Positions 9,243-20,510 are shown, numbered from the stretch's first letter. The stretch: 64,000 bases of DNA from an uncultured Candidatus Saccharibacteria bacterium (GCA_964608465.1 CAZSNI010000001.1:16215-80214), one strand, 5' to 3'. The notes: a model not told the origin generated them from the sequence alone. Made by a program: numbers and translations.

Positions 9243-10220
9243 TTATTCAACTTCCTCTACTACTTCCCCCACTTCTCCCGTAAAGCCCGCCATGGCCTCT
9301 ACAATAGGTTCTATTGACCCTGCCAATATCTTCTCAATGTTGTGCCAATTTTGCCTTAGGCGGTGGTCTGTAATACGGTCCTGGAGAATGTTGTAAGTTC
9401 TTATCTTCTCAGACCTATCTGCCGTTCCCACCTGGGATTTTCTATCTGCCGAGTACTTTGCGGCCTCCTCTTCATCCTTTTTAAGCTGTAGTTTAGCAAT
9501 AAGAATGCTCATCGCCGCTTCGCGGTTTTTTAACTGACTTCGCTGTGAAGTAGAACGCACATCGATACCCGTCGCTTTGTGGATAATACGAACAGCTGTT
9601 TCAACTTTGTTAACATTTTGCCCACCAGCACCTCCAGAACGAGATGTTTCAATTTCTATATCAGATGGCTTAATTTCAATTGTTGTCTTTTTTCGAATAG
9701 GAAGCACTGCAACAGTAGCTGTTGAGGTATGAACTCGTCCCAACTTTTCAGTGGCAGGAACACGTTGGACTCTATGCACCCCAGTTTCAAAACGAAGTTT
9801 CTTATACACATCCTTTCCTCGTATTTCAAAAGAAGCCTCTTTGTAGCCACCGACGGCGCTCAGAGACTCATCGATAGGGTTTACAGACCATCCATTATTC
9901 TCTGCATATCTTGTATACATGTGCGCCAATTCATGCGCAAAAATCGAAGCTTCTTCCCCACCCGCACCCGCACGAACTTCTAGAATAATTTCATTTGGAA
10001 ACTCTTCTTCTTTTTCTTCCTCTTTTACTATCTCCTCCATCTGCTTCATAATTTCATTTTTTTGAAGCACTAAAGACTCCAACTCGCCATTTGCCAGTTC
10101 CGCCAAAGCAGGATCAGTTTCTATCATTTTTTTAGTTGCCTCCTCCTCTTTTTCTAACCTTCTATAACTTTCAGCCAGGTAAGATGTTTTTTGGTTGTTT
10201 AAAAATTTTTCTAAGTCCAT
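9243..10220 (-). CDS. prfA: peptide chain release factor 1
   Basis: GGQ motif ([24 protein letters not shown]) and PxT-type recognition region. Confidence 0.9.
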   Translation of the reverse strand: MDLEKFLNNQKTSYLAESYRRLEKEEEATKKMIETDPALAELANGELESLVLQKNEIMKQMEEIVKEEEKEEEFPNEIILEVRAGAGGEEASIFAHELAHMYTRYAENNGWSVNPIDESLSAVGGYKEASFEIRGKDVYKKLRFETGVHRVQRVPATEKLGRVHTSTATVAVLPIRKKTTIEIKPSDIEIETSRSGGAGGQNVNKVETAVRIIHKATGIDVRSTSQRSQLKNREAAMSILIAKLQLKKDEEEAAKYSADRKSQVGTADRSEKIRTYNILQDRITDHRLRQNWHNIEKILAGSIEPIVEAMAGFTGEVGEVVEEVE

Positions 10221-10271
10221 TGTATTTAGTATAGCAAAAAAGCGAGTTTGACTCGCCTTTTCACAAAACAG

Positions 10272-10541
10272 TTACTTAGCTGCTTTCTTAGTTTTAGCAG
10301 CTGCCATTTTAGTTTTGAATCTCTCCACTCTTCCAGCTGTATCCATGATCTTCTCGTTTCCAGTGTAGAAAGGGTGTGAAGAACTTGAAATTTCAAGTCT
10401 GTAGATAGGGTATTCCTTTCCGTCCTTTGCCTTGCCTTTTTCTGTAGAATTTACAGTAGACGAAATAACGAACTCAGCTCCGTTTGAGTTGTCGATAAAT
10501 AGAACTGGTCTATAGTTTTGTGGGTGAATGTCTTTTTTCAT
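10272..10541 (-). CDS. rpmE: 50S ribosomal protein L31
   Basis: MKKDIHPQNYRPVLFID... is a typical L31 N-terminus. 89 aa. Confidence 0.85.
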   Translation of the reverse strand: MKKDIHPQNYRPVLFIDNSNGAEFVISSTVNSTEKGKAKDGKEYPIYRLEISSSSHPFYTGNEKIMDTAGRVERFKTKMAAAKTKKAAK

Positions 10542-10621
10542 TACCGGATTACTCTATCAAAAAACCCTATTTTTGGCAACCGTGCTAAGCCTATTACAGC
10601 TCGTATGCACGAAAAATCACC

Positions 10622-11827
10622 CTACATTACCTTTTCTGTAAGCTCTGCCTTTGCTGTCTCAGTTTTACTACTTTTAATCATCTTTATGAATGGATATTCT
10701 ATGTACTGATACGTAACTGATGAAACCACAATAGTAAGAAGTCCACTTAAGGTTATGAGCGACCAAAACTCAAAAGCGGTCATTGTCACAATAGGCTTCC
10801 AGTAATCTGCAGTGTTCAGTACACCATACAAAACTATTCCATGAATAAGGTAAATACTATAACTAAGTGTTCCAAGAAACTTTGCAGTAAATGTCTTTAG
10901 AAAACCAAAAAGGTCTGAACCATAAACAAAACAAAGAAAAACCCCTAGAGAGACTGCGTACTGAGAAAAAGAATATGGTTTATAGTTCATAAAATAAACA
11001 AGCACGATGCCGAGCAGTGGGATAACCGACGATACTTTTCTATGGAAAAATTCAAACTTTGGGTACTTGTTATAAATGTGCGCGGCCATTATTCCAAAGA
11101 AAAATATCGCCCAATAGCCACGATCATCTGAAGACAGTGCATAAAATGCTAGTGGTAATGCCATGATAAGCATTTTTTTACTTCGAAGGAATATTGCGAG
11201 AATAGGAAGCAATAGATAGAAAAACCACTCAAAGTGCAGTGTCCAATGAATACCCGCGTTTACAGGTAAAACACTCACATTGTTTACTGACTGAGTTGTT
11301 ATAAGTCCAATAGTTAGCCACGACAAAATGTCTTTTGCGGTTTGTTTGAAATCAATATCAAAACCAGATTGAATCAGTATCAATAAAACAATAAGTGCTG
11401 CGCAAAAAATATACATTGGGGCTAGGCGCAAGAAACGACTTCTATACAAATACCCTTCATCCACCTGCCCCTTCTGAGCAATCATTTTTGACCAGTACAG
11501 AAAGCTGGTCATGATAAGAAAAAGTATTACAGCCTCCCCACCCAAATGCCTATAAAACCTAATATCTACTATCTCCCAGACCTTGGTCTGAAAATAAAAC
11601 CAACTAGTTACGGCGTGTTGAAAAAAGACATTAATAGCAAGTATTCCTCTCAATCCGTCCAAAGACTCAAAACGGCCTTTCTCTTCCTCACTTACCACCT
11701 TCTTATAAAAAGGCAGCCTATCAAAAAAAAGCTTCGCAAAAACCAAAAGAATTGGCATTACCAGGAAGTAATACAAGACGCTGGTATGACTAAAATCCAT
11801 GTAGGTAATTATAGGATATTTTTTCAA
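10622..11827 (-). CDS. acyltransferase family 3 membrane protein (OatA-like)
   Basis: Ten or more TM helices. LDGLRGILAINVFFQH motif of the acyltransferase-3 family. Confidence 0.75.
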   Translation of the reverse strand: MKKYPIITYMDFSHTSVLYYFLVMPILLVFAKLFFDRLPFYKKVVSEEEKGRFESLDGLRGILAINVFFQHAVTSWFYFQTKVWEIVDIRFYRHLGGEAVILFLIMTSFLYWSKMIAQKGQVDEGYLYRSRFLRLAPMYIFCAALIVLLILIQSGFDIDFKQTAKDILSWLTIGLITTQSVNNVSVLPVNAGIHWTLHFEWFFYLLLPILAIFLRSKKMLIMALPLAFYALSSDDRGYWAIFFFGIMAAHIYNKYPKFEFFHRKVSSVIPLLGIVLVYFMNYKPYSFSQYAVSLGVFLCFVYGSDLFGFLKTFTAKFLGTLSYSIYLIHGIVLYGVLNTADYWKPIVTMTAFEFWSLITLSGLLTIVVSSVTYQYIEYPFIKMIKSSKTETAKAELTEKVM

Positions 11828-11842
11828 ACATACAATATAAAA

Positions 11843-13567
11843 CTAATTCATGACACAAAATTCAGTTGTTGTTGATAGCGACAACATTTCAGATAGTTTA
11901 GAACAAATTGCTTCGTTTTGTGATACACCATTTATTACATGAGCTTGGTTTTTTACAGAGTAGTACTCTATATTCTTACCAGCTTTTAATGCTTCTTTAA
12001 AAAGATACTCTGACTGACTAAATGGAACCTGCTTATCAAGATCCCCATGAAAAACATAAAGTGGCTTATTAAGTTTTGAAAGGTTTTTAACTATACTAGA
12101 TTTTTCATATAAACTCTTATTATTCTGACCATAAATTCCTCGGAAGTGCACCTCAAAAGGAGTAGGAGAAACATCGTCAATTAGTTTTTTCCAATCAGTT
12201 ACCGGTGCCACCGCAACAGAACCCGAAACTTTTGTACCAAGCTCAACAAGAGACTTGATAGACAAGTATCCTCCGTAACTGTTTCCAAATAGATAAACAT
12301 CCCTTACTCCCAAACTTTTCACATAATCTACTGCCAAAGAAACATTTTTCACATCAACATCGCCTATCCGTCCCACAATGCTGTTTGTATATGCTGTTCC
12401 TTGACCCATACTGCCTGGATAATCAAGTTTTAATACAGTTACACCTGACTTAACTAGCTCATCAAGTATCCAGTCAAAAGTTGCGTAACTGCCATACGAA
12501 TGCTTGTCTGGAGATGTCTGTCTGTATGGCCCACCATGTAACCAAATTACGGCTTTTTTTACTGAAGTTCCTTGTTTAGGACTATATAGAACTCCTCTAA
12601 TATTTTTATTGTTAATAATTTTGTAAGGTAGATTTTCCACACTCTCCTGTGACACGCCACTAAAATCTTTGACTAGATTTTCTTTTAAATTATATGCTTT
12701 TATTTTACCCTGCCCTTTATTGTTCTCAGTAAAAACAATATTATCATTCACAAGAGCTAGACCGTTCGTGTACATCACATCAGCACTTACTGTTTTCAAT
12801 TTTCTTGTGTCTAGGTCTAGCTCATACAACCCCCAGTTATATAAACTGGCTCTGTTTGCAATAAAGTAAACACTATTTCCACTCACAACAAAATCCAAAA
12901 CAGTATATTTTTTAAGTATTAGAGCCTCACCAGTTAAATTTTTTGGTGACTTATCGAAATCAACTAAGTAAAGTTTACTACTCCCGTCTCTGTCATCTGT
13001 GTAAACTATCTTTTTACCGTCTGAAGTAAAACCAAACATTCTATATACATCAGTGACTAACTCCCATGGACCATTTGAGGCAAACTTCTCCAAAGTTTTG
13101 CCGTCATCAAAAACAACAACAAAACTTTTAAAAGTTTTTATCATCGTATTATCACTTCTAAAATACGCCAACTTCTTACCATCAGGAGAATACGTCAGAA
13201 ACCTAGCATCAGTAGGTATAACTTTCCCACCGAACACCAAATCCTCTTTCTTTGAAACTGAAGTTTGAGTAACCACTACTGGAGTAGTAGTTGCTTTATT
13301 TTTTTCTTTTTCATCTAGGAATTCTAAAGTAACAAGTTGCAATGGATTTTCTAATCTAGCATTGACCTGCTCTTTTGTTTGCAAACAACTATATGAATTC
13401 AAGTCACAATCATAGGTGACTCTTTTTAGAATAGTATTTATCGAAAATGAAAAACTGTTTGTAGTGGTTGAAGTAGTATTAATAATGGAGTAGGAAACAT
13501 CCGAAGCACTGACTCCTGAAGCTAAAGCCAAACCGATTAAAATAAAAAATAATTTTATAATTTTCAT
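11843..13567 (-). CDS. S9 family serine peptidase (prolyl oligopeptidase/DPP-like) with N-terminal beta-propeller
   Basis: GNSYGGYL nucleophile elbow. C-terminal alpha/beta hydrolase fold. Signal peptide. Confidence 0.8.
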   Translation of the reverse strand: MKIIKLFFILIGLALASGVSASDVSYSIINTTSTTTNSFSFSINTILKRVTYDCDLNSYSCLQTKEQVNARLENPLQLVTLEFLDEKEKNKATTTPVVVTQTSVSKKEDLVFGGKVIPTDARFLTYSPDGKKLAYFRSDNTMIKTFKSFVVVFDDGKTLEKFASNGPWELVTDVYRMFGFTSDGKKIVYTDDRDGSSKLYLVDFDKSPKNLTGEALILKKYTVLDFVVSGNSVYFIANRASLYNWGLYELDLDTRKLKTVSADVMYTNGLALVNDNIVFTENNKGQGKIKAYNLKENLVKDFSGVSQESVENLPYKIINNKNIRGVLYSPKQGTSVKKAVIWLHGGPYRQTSPDKHSYGSYATFDWILDELVKSGVTVLKLDYPGSMGQGTAYTNSIVGRIGDVDVKNVSLAVDYVKSLGVRDVYLFGNSYGGYLSIKSLVELGTKVSGSVAVAPVTDWKKLIDDVSPTPFEVHFRGIYGQNNKSLYEKSSIVKNLSKLNKPLYVFHGDLDKQVPFSQSEYLFKEALKAGKNIEYYSVKNQAHVINGVSQNEAICSKLSEMLSLSTTTEFCVMN

Positions 13568-13585
13568 TTTAGAATATTAACATTA

Positions 13586-14941
13586 TTATCTTCTAGAAAC
13601 ACCGTATTCCTGCAGATACTCAATATCAGCCTGAATAGTATCTTTAAGTTTCATTACACTCCTACTATATGAACATGTCGCACCACCGCTACCATAGTAC
13701 CTACAAGCTGCCCTGGACTCCGAACTAAATGTAGCGCTTTTTGCCCCCAAATCAGCAAGGAAGAGGGCTGACGCCATGAAAGCATGCTCCGGATTCCAAG
13801 GATTAGAGTCTACTCCAAAAATATCCTTGAGTTTATCATCAAAAATTTTCCAAGTAGAAGGTATAAACTGTGCTGGACCCATTGCCCCTCCATAGCCAGC
13901 CACCCCAGCGATAGGACAAGAAACTACGGTTGATTTCCAGTTAAACCCAAGTCTTGATGTAATTTCTAGGAATGGAACTGTGTCTCGGGGAGCCTTCATA
14001 GCATTTGAGAAAGTTTTTGTTCCTGCAGTATTTGATCCGGCGCCAGTCGCAGAATCTGTTAAGTAGCACTTACCGACGTTTGCTCCCAAGCTACTTTCCT
14101 GCGTAAGTATAGCCAAAACGAAAGCAGGAGAGACACCAGTTTTAGCTGAAGCATTTTGCGCATATATTAATGCAGTACCGAAAGGAATAGCTGCTGAACC
14201 TCCGGCAAGTTTGAACAACTTTGATCGTATTTCTCCTGCTTTTGCTTGCCTATCAGCAATAACTTGCTCATATGTTTTTTCCTGAGTTTTATTTACAGAA
14301 ATAAGATACTGTTTTTCTTTTTCATTTTTTTCTACTTCCTTTTTCTGAGCCTCTACTGCTGCTTTTGTATCAAGTTCTTTATCTTGAGCTTTACCAAGTG
14401 ACTCTTTTTCTTTTTCTGTTAGATTTTTTGTTTGACGTATCTCATTAAATAAAACGTGCAACTCTTTTTTTATGGTTTGGAATGAATCTACATCAGAAAA
14501 GAACTCGGAAATATCTTTGTTGCCCAAAACAACCTCAGGCAGAGAAAAGTCGTCAATCTCATTCGTTTTTCGTATTAACTGTGCCAAAGACTCATGTCCT
14601 TTTTCTATACGTGATTCAAGAGTAAGGATGGTTTTTTGTTTATCTTTTATTTGGTTACTTAGCTGAGCAATGTTTATATTTCTTTGTTTAATTGTTGCTT
14701 GAGCTTGTTTAATTTTTGCGTTTAAAGCCGCAGCCTCGTTTTGCAGAGACTTTGTGTTTGCCTTTGTGCCATTTAATATATCTTGCCACTTCGCAATATC
14801 TGCTTCAGTCTGTGCAAGTTCTGCTCTCCATATCGCTTCTTGCTCCTGGGGAGTTATAGCTAAAACAAGTTTTGTATTAATAGAAAAAACACTAATTAAC
14901 ACAAAAAATGCATAGAAAAATAACCGTTTATACATGTACAT
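13586..14941 (-). CDS. secreted coiled-coil protein with C-terminal lysozyme-like (lytic transglycosylase-type) domain
   Basis: Signal/TM region, long heptad-rich region, then AILTQESSLGANVG...YGGAMGPAQF. Confidence 0.55.
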   Translation of the reverse strand: MYMYKRLFFYAFFVLISVFSINTKLVLAITPQEQEAIWRAELAQTEADIAKWQDILNGTKANTKSLQNEAAALNAKIKQAQATIKQRNINIAQLSNQIKDKQKTILTLESRIEKGHESLAQLIRKTNEIDDFSLPEVVLGNKDISEFFSDVDSFQTIKKELHVLFNEIRQTKNLTEKEKESLGKAQDKELDTKAAVEAQKKEVEKNEKEKQYLISVNKTQEKTYEQVIADRQAKAGEIRSKLFKLAGGSAAIPFGTALIYAQNASAKTGVSPAFVLAILTQESSLGANVGKCYLTDSATGAGSNTAGTKTFSNAMKAPRDTVPFLEITSRLGFNWKSTVVSCPIAGVAGYGGAMGPAQFIPSTWKIFDDKLKDIFGVDSNPWNPEHAFMASALFLADLGAKSATFSSESRAACRYYGSGGATCSYSRSVMKLKDTIQADIEYLQEYGVSRR

Positions 14942-14982
14942 AATTATACTATTTTCAGACGGAAATTCATAACCAATATTAC

Positions 14983-15010
14983 AAAAAATCCCCAGACGGG
15001 GATTTTTTGT
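14983..15010. terminator. bidirectional rho-independent terminator
   Basis: aaaaaatccccagacggggattttttg. Confidence 0.7.
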
Positions 15011-15012
15011 AA

Positions 15013-15681
15013 TTACTCTGCTGATTCTGCTCCCTCCTCCTCTTTCTTACCTTTTTTCTCTACCTCAATTGAGCTTAGGTCGATTGGTGCTGATTCTTCT
15101 TCTGTTTCTTCTTTTTGTCTTGCTACCGCAGCAACAACTTCTTCTGGATTCTCTACTAGAGTAACTCCTGATGGAAGTTTTAGGTCACCTGCAACAATTT
15201 TACTATCAAAATCTACAAGTGTTGAAATATCTACATTAATTTCGTGAGGAATGTTTGTTGGATCTGCTGAAATTTTGATTTCGTGTAGGGCCTTAACCAG
15301 GTTACCTGAAAGGTCTTTAACAGCTGGAGAAACTCCGATGAATTCTAGAGGAACGTCAACTTCGATCTTCTTTCCTTTCTCGAATACGTAGAAATCTACG
15401 TGTCTTACGATGTCTGATACCGGATCTAGGTCTACATCTTTAATAAGAGCATCTACAGTGCCTTTTGCTGTTTTAATAGTAACAACTCCTGACTCACCTT
15501 CTTTGTGCCAAGCTGAGATAAAGTCGTTTCTAGATAGTGAAATAGGTGTTGATTCTGTCTTTTTTCCATAATAAACAGCAGGAATTTTACCTCCCGCCCT
15601 AAGAGCTTCGCTGTTTGTAGAACCGTCTCTGATTTCTGCTTCTAAAATAGTCATTCGGCTAGTATAGACTAACTGCCCCAT
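15013..15681 (-). CDS. rplY: 50S ribosomal protein L25 / general stress protein Ctc
   Basis: L25 N-domain (KIPAVYYGKK...) plus acidic C-terminal tail. AGGGG SD precedes the ATG at 15681. Confidence 0.8.
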   Translation of the reverse strand: MGQLVYTSRMTILEAEIRDGSTNSEALRAGGKIPAVYYGKKTESTPISLSRNDFISAWHKEGESGVVTIKTAKGTVDALIKDVDLDPVSDIVRHVDFYVFEKGKKIEVDVPLEFIGVSPAVKDLSGNLVKALHEIKISADPTNIPHEINVDISTLVDFDSKIVAGDLKLPSGVTLVENPEEVVAAVARQKEETEEESAPIDLSSIEVEKKGKKEEEGAESAE

Positions 15682-15692
15682 AAAATCAACCC

Positions 15693-17345
15693 CTAGGACT
15701 TCACAATATGGCTTAGCATATATTCCTTAGTGCCCCCCACCTTTTTACCCGGATTAAATATGTTCTGAGGGTCAAAAATATCCTTTGTTTTCTGGAATAT
15801 TTGGACCATTTCGTGACCAAACATTTGTTCTAGGTATGGAGTACGTATAATACCGTCGTTGTGCTCTGCATCTATAGAACCTCGATACTCTTTCACCAAA
15901 CTGTATATTTTGTCAGAAACTATTGGAATTACTGCCGCATTTTTAGGATCTTTCATATTCATGAGTGGAATAATATGAAAGTTTCCATTTCCAGCATGAC
16001 CAGCAATAGTGTAGACCAGTTTGTGTTCATCCAAAATCTTTCGCATCTTAGGTAGAAATTCTGGCAGATACTGTGGCTTAACGATAACGTCATCTATAAA
16101 AGGTGCAGTTCTCGCTCCCTTAACATGCTGACGCAAAAGGTTGAAGCTCTCGCGACGAATAGTCCAGTATTTACTAGATTCTTCTTCGGAGCGAGACATT
16201 CTAGTTTTCAAACCAAAATGCGCGATCTTTTTCTGCAACTCATACATCTTTTTATCTATCTCCTTTTCATCATTATCAGAAAATTCAACAAGCAAAATAA
16301 GTTTTGGTATTCCCCCAGTTAATATCATCCCCGCTTCTGGCAAGAAACCAAACATTAGTTTGAAAAAGTTGTGAACTTTCATGGTTTTAAGCATAGACGG
16401 GAAAAACTTGAAAGCTAGTTTCATCGTACTGTCATCATATGACTCAAGTGATTCTGGGTTTGTCGTAAGGATTTCGTTTACAAGTTCACTTAGGTGGTCT
16501 AGGTTTCGTAAGAAAATAACAAAAAGTTTTGATTTCTTTTTGATTGGGACTAGTTTGAATTTTATTTCTGTTATTACACAAAGCGTTCCTTGTGAACCAG
16601 TAATAAGTTTGTTTATGTCAAAAGTCTGACCATCCCACACATTCCACAAGTAGTATCCAGCTGAGTTTTTTGAAACATCAGGTTTGGCATACTTTATAGC
16701 GTGTTCATTTTCCTGTAATAAATTCCACAAATTTTTATAAATATTTCCTTCATAGTCGCCCTGAGCAATTTTTCTATCTAACTCTTCTTTGTTTAGTGGT
16801 TTTGTTACATATTCGTTTCCATCAGCAAAAATAACCTTCATTTCTTTTACATATCTTTCAGTCTTTCCATAAGCCAAAGTTTTTTCTCCCGCAGAGTTGT
16901 TACCCACCATTCCGCCCACAGTATTTAGATTTTTAGATGCGGTATATGAAGGCAATATCGCGTCGTGTTTCAGTGTCTCAACTTCAAAATCTCTATAAAA
17001 AGTACCAGGAAGAACAGTAGCTTCTTCAGAAGTGACTTCTTTTATACCGCCCATGTGTTTTGTGATGTCTAGAATAATAGACTCACTTAGAGAGCCTCCG
17101 GACATACATGTTCCAGCAGAACGTGCAGTGATAGAAAGAGCGGGGTTCTCAGATTTATTTTCACCTACAAATTTTACTAGCTTTTGTATATCCTCAGAAT
17201 CTTTTGGAAACAAAACTAGTTCTGGTTTTACCTCAAACAAACTCGCATCTCTACTGTATGTATCTAATGTTTTCACATCAGAATTAACTTCTCCATTAAA
17301 TATTTTTTTAATTTCATCAAGCAACTCTGAATGTGAATATTTCAT
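15693..17345 (-). CDS. FAD-linked oxidase (GlcD / D-lactate dehydrogenase family)
   Basis: FAD-binding PCMH domain followed by FAD-oxidase C-terminal domain. 550 aa. Confidence 0.75.
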   Translation of the reverse strand: MKYSHSELLDEIKKIFNGEVNSDVKTLDTYSRDASLFEVKPELVLFPKDSEDIQKLVKFVGENKSENPALSITARSAGTCMSGGSLSESIILDITKHMGGIKEVTSEEATVLPGTFYRDFEVETLKHDAILPSYTASKNLNTVGGMVGNNSAGEKTLAYGKTERYVKEMKVIFADGNEYVTKPLNKEELDRKIAQGDYEGNIYKNLWNLLQENEHAIKYAKPDVSKNSAGYYLWNVWDGQTFDINKLITGSQGTLCVITEIKFKLVPIKKKSKLFVIFLRNLDHLSELVNEILTTNPESLESYDDSTMKLAFKFFPSMLKTMKVHNFFKLMFGFLPEAGMILTGGIPKLILLVEFSDNDEKEIDKKMYELQKKIAHFGLKTRMSRSEEESSKYWTIRRESFNLLRQHVKGARTAPFIDDVIVKPQYLPEFLPKMRKILDEHKLVYTIAGHAGNGNFHIIPLMNMKDPKNAAVIPIVSDKIYSLVKEYRGSIDAEHNDGIIRTPYLEQMFGHEMVQIFQKTKDIFDPQNIFNPGKKVGGTKEYMLSHIVKS

Positions 17346-17347
17346 TT

Positions 17348-18214
17348 TTATAAATTATTAAAGAATTTTAATTTGTTAGTAACCACTTCTTGTACCGCAA
17401 GCATTCCTGGTTTTAGGAATTTGTATGGCGCAACTTCGTCTGGGTTTTCTTGCAATGCTTTTTTTACTGCATCTCTGAAAGCTAGGCGGATTTCAGTATT
17501 TATATGAACAATATTTATTCCATTTGCTATAGCTTGTTTGAAATCATCTTCTGAGTTTCCTGAACCACCGTGAAGCACAAGTGGAATGCCTGTTGTTTCT
17601 GATACTTGTTTTACTCTTTCTATATTTAGTTTTGGATCAACTCCCCCACGAAGCATGCCGTGAAAGTTCCCTACTGCAGGAGCGAGCATGTCTACGCCCG
17701 TAAGTTCTACAAATTCTTTTGCTTTTGCAGGATCAGTTAGAGAACTTTCATCAAGCATCACACCTTCTGGGATTTCATCCAAAACTTTTGATGATTGCCC
17801 AATATAACCCAGTTCAGCCTCAACCAAAACTTCTCGCCCACTTGCCCTAGCATACTCCACGCATTGTTTTGTAAGTTTTACATTCTCTTCAAAAGAAAGT
17901 TTTGCGCCGTCTACTATGACAGAGTCAAAACCGGCGTCTATCGCTTCTTTTACTCGGTCAAAAGAGTAAGTATGGTCAGCATTTAGGTATATTGGGTAGT
18001 CAAACTCCTCACGAATACTTTTTACTGCAGCTGCTACTAGCTTTACCCCAACAAAATCTCTCTCGCCTTCTGAAACTCCAATAATAACTGGCACATTTAG
18101 ACTCTGTGCTGCCCTGAAAATCCCCCATAATGCCTCCAAGTTAGAAATATTAAAATGTCCTACTGCAACTTTTTTCTCCCTTGCTTCCCAAACGGTTTGT
18201 TTCAATGTTTTCAT
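17348..18214 (-). CDS. fba: class II fructose-bisphosphate aldolase
   Basis: VPVIIGVSEGERDF, NADHTYSFD, LHGGSG motifs. Confidence 0.85.
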   Translation of the reverse strand: MKTLKQTVWEAREKKVAVGHFNISNLEALWGIFRAAQSLNVPVIIGVSEGERDFVGVKLVAAAVKSIREEFDYPIYLNADHTYSFDRVKEAIDAGFDSVIVDGAKLSFEENVKLTKQCVEYARASGREVLVEAELGYIGQSSKVLDEIPEGVMLDESSLTDPAKAKEFVELTGVDMLAPAVGNFHGMLRGGVDPKLNIERVKQVSETTGIPLVLHGGSGNSEDDFKQAIANGINIVHINTEIRLAFRDAVKKALQENPDEVAPYKFLKPGMLAVQEVVTNKLKFFNNL

Positions 18215-18244
18215 GCTAAAAGTATACCATAGGCAACTTTTGTT

Positions 18245-19264
18245 ATGCTACAATATTCCCATATGAATAATGAAAACAAACAGATAGACATGCTCGCTAT
18301 TGGCGACACGGTAGTAGATGCTTTTATTAAAATTAAAGACGCTTCAACACATTGCAAAATTAACAATGAAGAATGTGAACTTTGTGTAAGATACGGTGAC
18401 AAAGTTCCTTTTGAGTCTGTAGAAATATGTTACGCGGTTGGAAACTGTGCAAATGCTGCGGTTTCAGCTAGCCGACTTGGACTTAACTCATCACTATACT
18501 CATACGTAGGTAAAGATAGAGATGGAGAAGATTGTTTAACATCCCTACAAAAAGATGGAGTAGACACTACTTATATGCATGTTGATCCAGATAATAAAAC
18601 AAACTACCACTATGTACTATGGTATGAAGCAAACCGAACTATTTTAGTTAAACACGAGCACTATAAATATGATTTCAGTATGGACGTAGCTCCAAAATGG
18701 ATTTACCTTACTTCACTTGGTGAAAACACTATAGACTTCCAAATGCAAGTTGTAGATTTTGTTGAAAAGCATCCAGAAACAAAACTCGCTTTCCAGCCTG
18801 GAACATTCCAAATGAAAATGGGCAAAGAAGTTTTAGACAGAATATACAAAAATACTGAAATCTTTTTCTGTAATGTAGAAGAGGCTCAGAGAATCCTAGG
18901 AGAAACTAGTCGTGACCCAAAAACTTTGATGAAAGCCCTTGCGAACCTTGGACCAAAGAAAGTTGTGATGACTGATGGTTTTGCTGGAGCATATTCATAC
19001 GACCCAGCTACTGACGAAGCATATTTTATGCCAGTTTATCCTCACACTCCAAAGGAAGCAACGGGTGCTGGAGATGCTTTTGCATCAACTGTTGTATCAG
19101 CATTAATTCTTGGAAAGACTTTGCACGAAGCACTTTCATGGGCACCGATAAACTCAATGTCAGTTGTACAGCAAGTTGGCGCCCAAAAAGGACTGCTTAC
19201 TCGGGAGAAACTAGAAGAATATCTAAAAAACGCTCCTGCTGAATATAAACTTTCAAAAATATAA
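18245..19264 (+). CDS. PfkB-family carbohydrate kinase
   Basis: C-terminal GAGDAFAS motif and ribokinase-like fold. An alternative start is at 18263. Confidence 0.75.
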   Translation: MLQYSHMNNENKQIDMLAIGDTVVDAFIKIKDASTHCKINNEECELCVRYGDKVPFESVEICYAVGNCANAAVSASRLGLNSSLYSYVGKDRDGEDCLTSLQKDGVDTTYMHVDPDNKTNYHYVLWYEANRTILVKHEHYKYDFSMDVAPKWIYLTSLGENTIDFQMQVVDFVEKHPETKLAFQPGTFQMKMGKEVLDRIYKNTEIFFCNVEEAQRILGETSRDPKTLMKALANLGPKKVVMTDGFAGAYSYDPATDEAYFMPVYPHTPKEATGAGDAFASTVVSALILGKTLHEALSWAPINSMSVVQQVGAQKGLLTREKLEEYLKNAPAEYKLSKI

Positions 19265-19267
19265 ATT

Positions 19268-19296
19268 TAAAAAACCGCCACTGGCGGTTTTTTAAT
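19268..19296. terminator. bidirectional rho-independent terminator
   Basis: aaaaaccgccactggcggtttttt. Confidence 0.75.
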
Positions 19297-20293
19297 TTAC
19301 TTTTCTTCCTATGCATTTCTTGCACGCGTCGCGAATGTGAGTTTCGCCCATTTCATAGTGCTCTAGTAGTTCGTCTTGTTTACCTGACTGACCAAACTTG
19401 TCTTTCACACCAATAAACTCTTGTGGTACAGGGAAGTTTTGCGACAGACACTCTGCGACTGCTGATCCAAGTCCCCCAGCGATTTGATGCTCTTCAACAG
19501 AAACTATTGCTCCACAAGTTTTTGCTAAACTGATTACTGCTTCATTATCTAGGGGTTTTATTGTTGATATATTTAAAACTTTCACACTTATCCCCTCACC
19601 CTTCAAAGTTTCTGCGACTTTCAGCGCCTTGTACACAAGTGCTCCAGTTGCAACTATTCCAACATCTGCTTTTCCTTTTTCTTCCCCATAAAATATTTGT
19701 CCCTTTCCTATTTCAAAAGGTGTATCTACTGTTGTGATTACTGGAGTTTTCTCTCGTGCTAAACGTATATATGCTGGCTTACCAAGCTCTGCAGATGCCA
19801 AAGTAATTTTTTTTGCTTCTACAGAATCACAAGGTGAAAAAACTATCATATTTGGTATTACTCTTGTAATAGCCAAGTCTTCTATAGCTTGGTGTGTTCC
19901 CCCATCAGGGCCAACAGAAATACCTGCGTGACTTCCGGCAATAATAACTGGTCTGTCGTTATAACAAATAGTTGTTCGTATCTGTTCCCAGTTTCTTCCA
20001 GGCGAAAACATTGCGTAGCTAGATATAAAAGGAATTTTCCCCATTGCTGACATACCAGAAGCAACAGAAGCCAAGTTTTGTTCTGCGATACCAACTTGCA
20101 CGAATCTTTCTGGAAACTTGTTTGCAAACAAATGCATTTTTGTTGACTCTGTTAAATCAGCACAAAGTCCTACTACTTGAGGATTATTTTCTCCAGCTTC
20201 CAAAAGCCCTTCCCCAAATCCTTGGCGAATCGGAACCTGTTCTACTTTTTTTTGGAAAAGTTGAGGATTTAATTTTTGTGAAGAATTAATCAT
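19292..20293 (-). CDS. transketolase, C-terminal (pyrimidine-binding) subunit
   Basis: AEQNLASVASGMS...GSHAGISVGPDGGTHQAIEDLA. This is the split-type transketolase. Confidence 0.85.
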   Translation of the reverse strand: MINSSQKLNPQLFQKKVEQVPIRQGFGEGLLEAGENNPQVVGLCADLTESTKMHLFANKFPERFVQVGIAEQNLASVASGMSAMGKIPFISSYAMFSPGRNWEQIRTTICYNDRPVIIAGSHAGISVGPDGGTHQAIEDLAITRVIPNMIVFSPCDSVEAKKITLASAELGKPAYIRLAREKTPVITTVDTPFEIGKGQIFYGEEKGKADVGIVATGALVYKALKVAETLKGEGISVKVLNISTIKPLDNEAVISLAKTCGAIVSVEEHQIAGGLGSAVAECLSQNFPVPQEFIGVKDKFGQSGKQDELLEHYEMGETHIRDACKKCIGRKVN

Positions 20294-20499
20294 ATATTTA
20301 TACCGCTAGAAACTGCAAGCATAATAAATCCTAATGCTAAACCAATTATACCAAATATTATTAAAATTATTCCAAATATTCTAAATAAACTTGATAAAGA
20401 ACTTATATTTGGTTTATATATTCTCAAAATTAAAATGCCTCCAACTAAAGCAATGAGAGCTACAATATAAAATTCCAATTCAGTTGGTGTACCTATCAC
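20290..20499 (-). CDS. hypothetical two-TM small membrane protein
   Basis: 69-aa hydrophobic ORF. Weak support. Confidence 0.3.
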   Translation of the reverse strand: MIGTPTELEFYIVALIALVGGILILRIYKPNISSLSSLFRIFGIILIIFGIIGLALGFIMLAVSSGINI

Positions 20500-20510
20500 A
20501 AATTAATTAT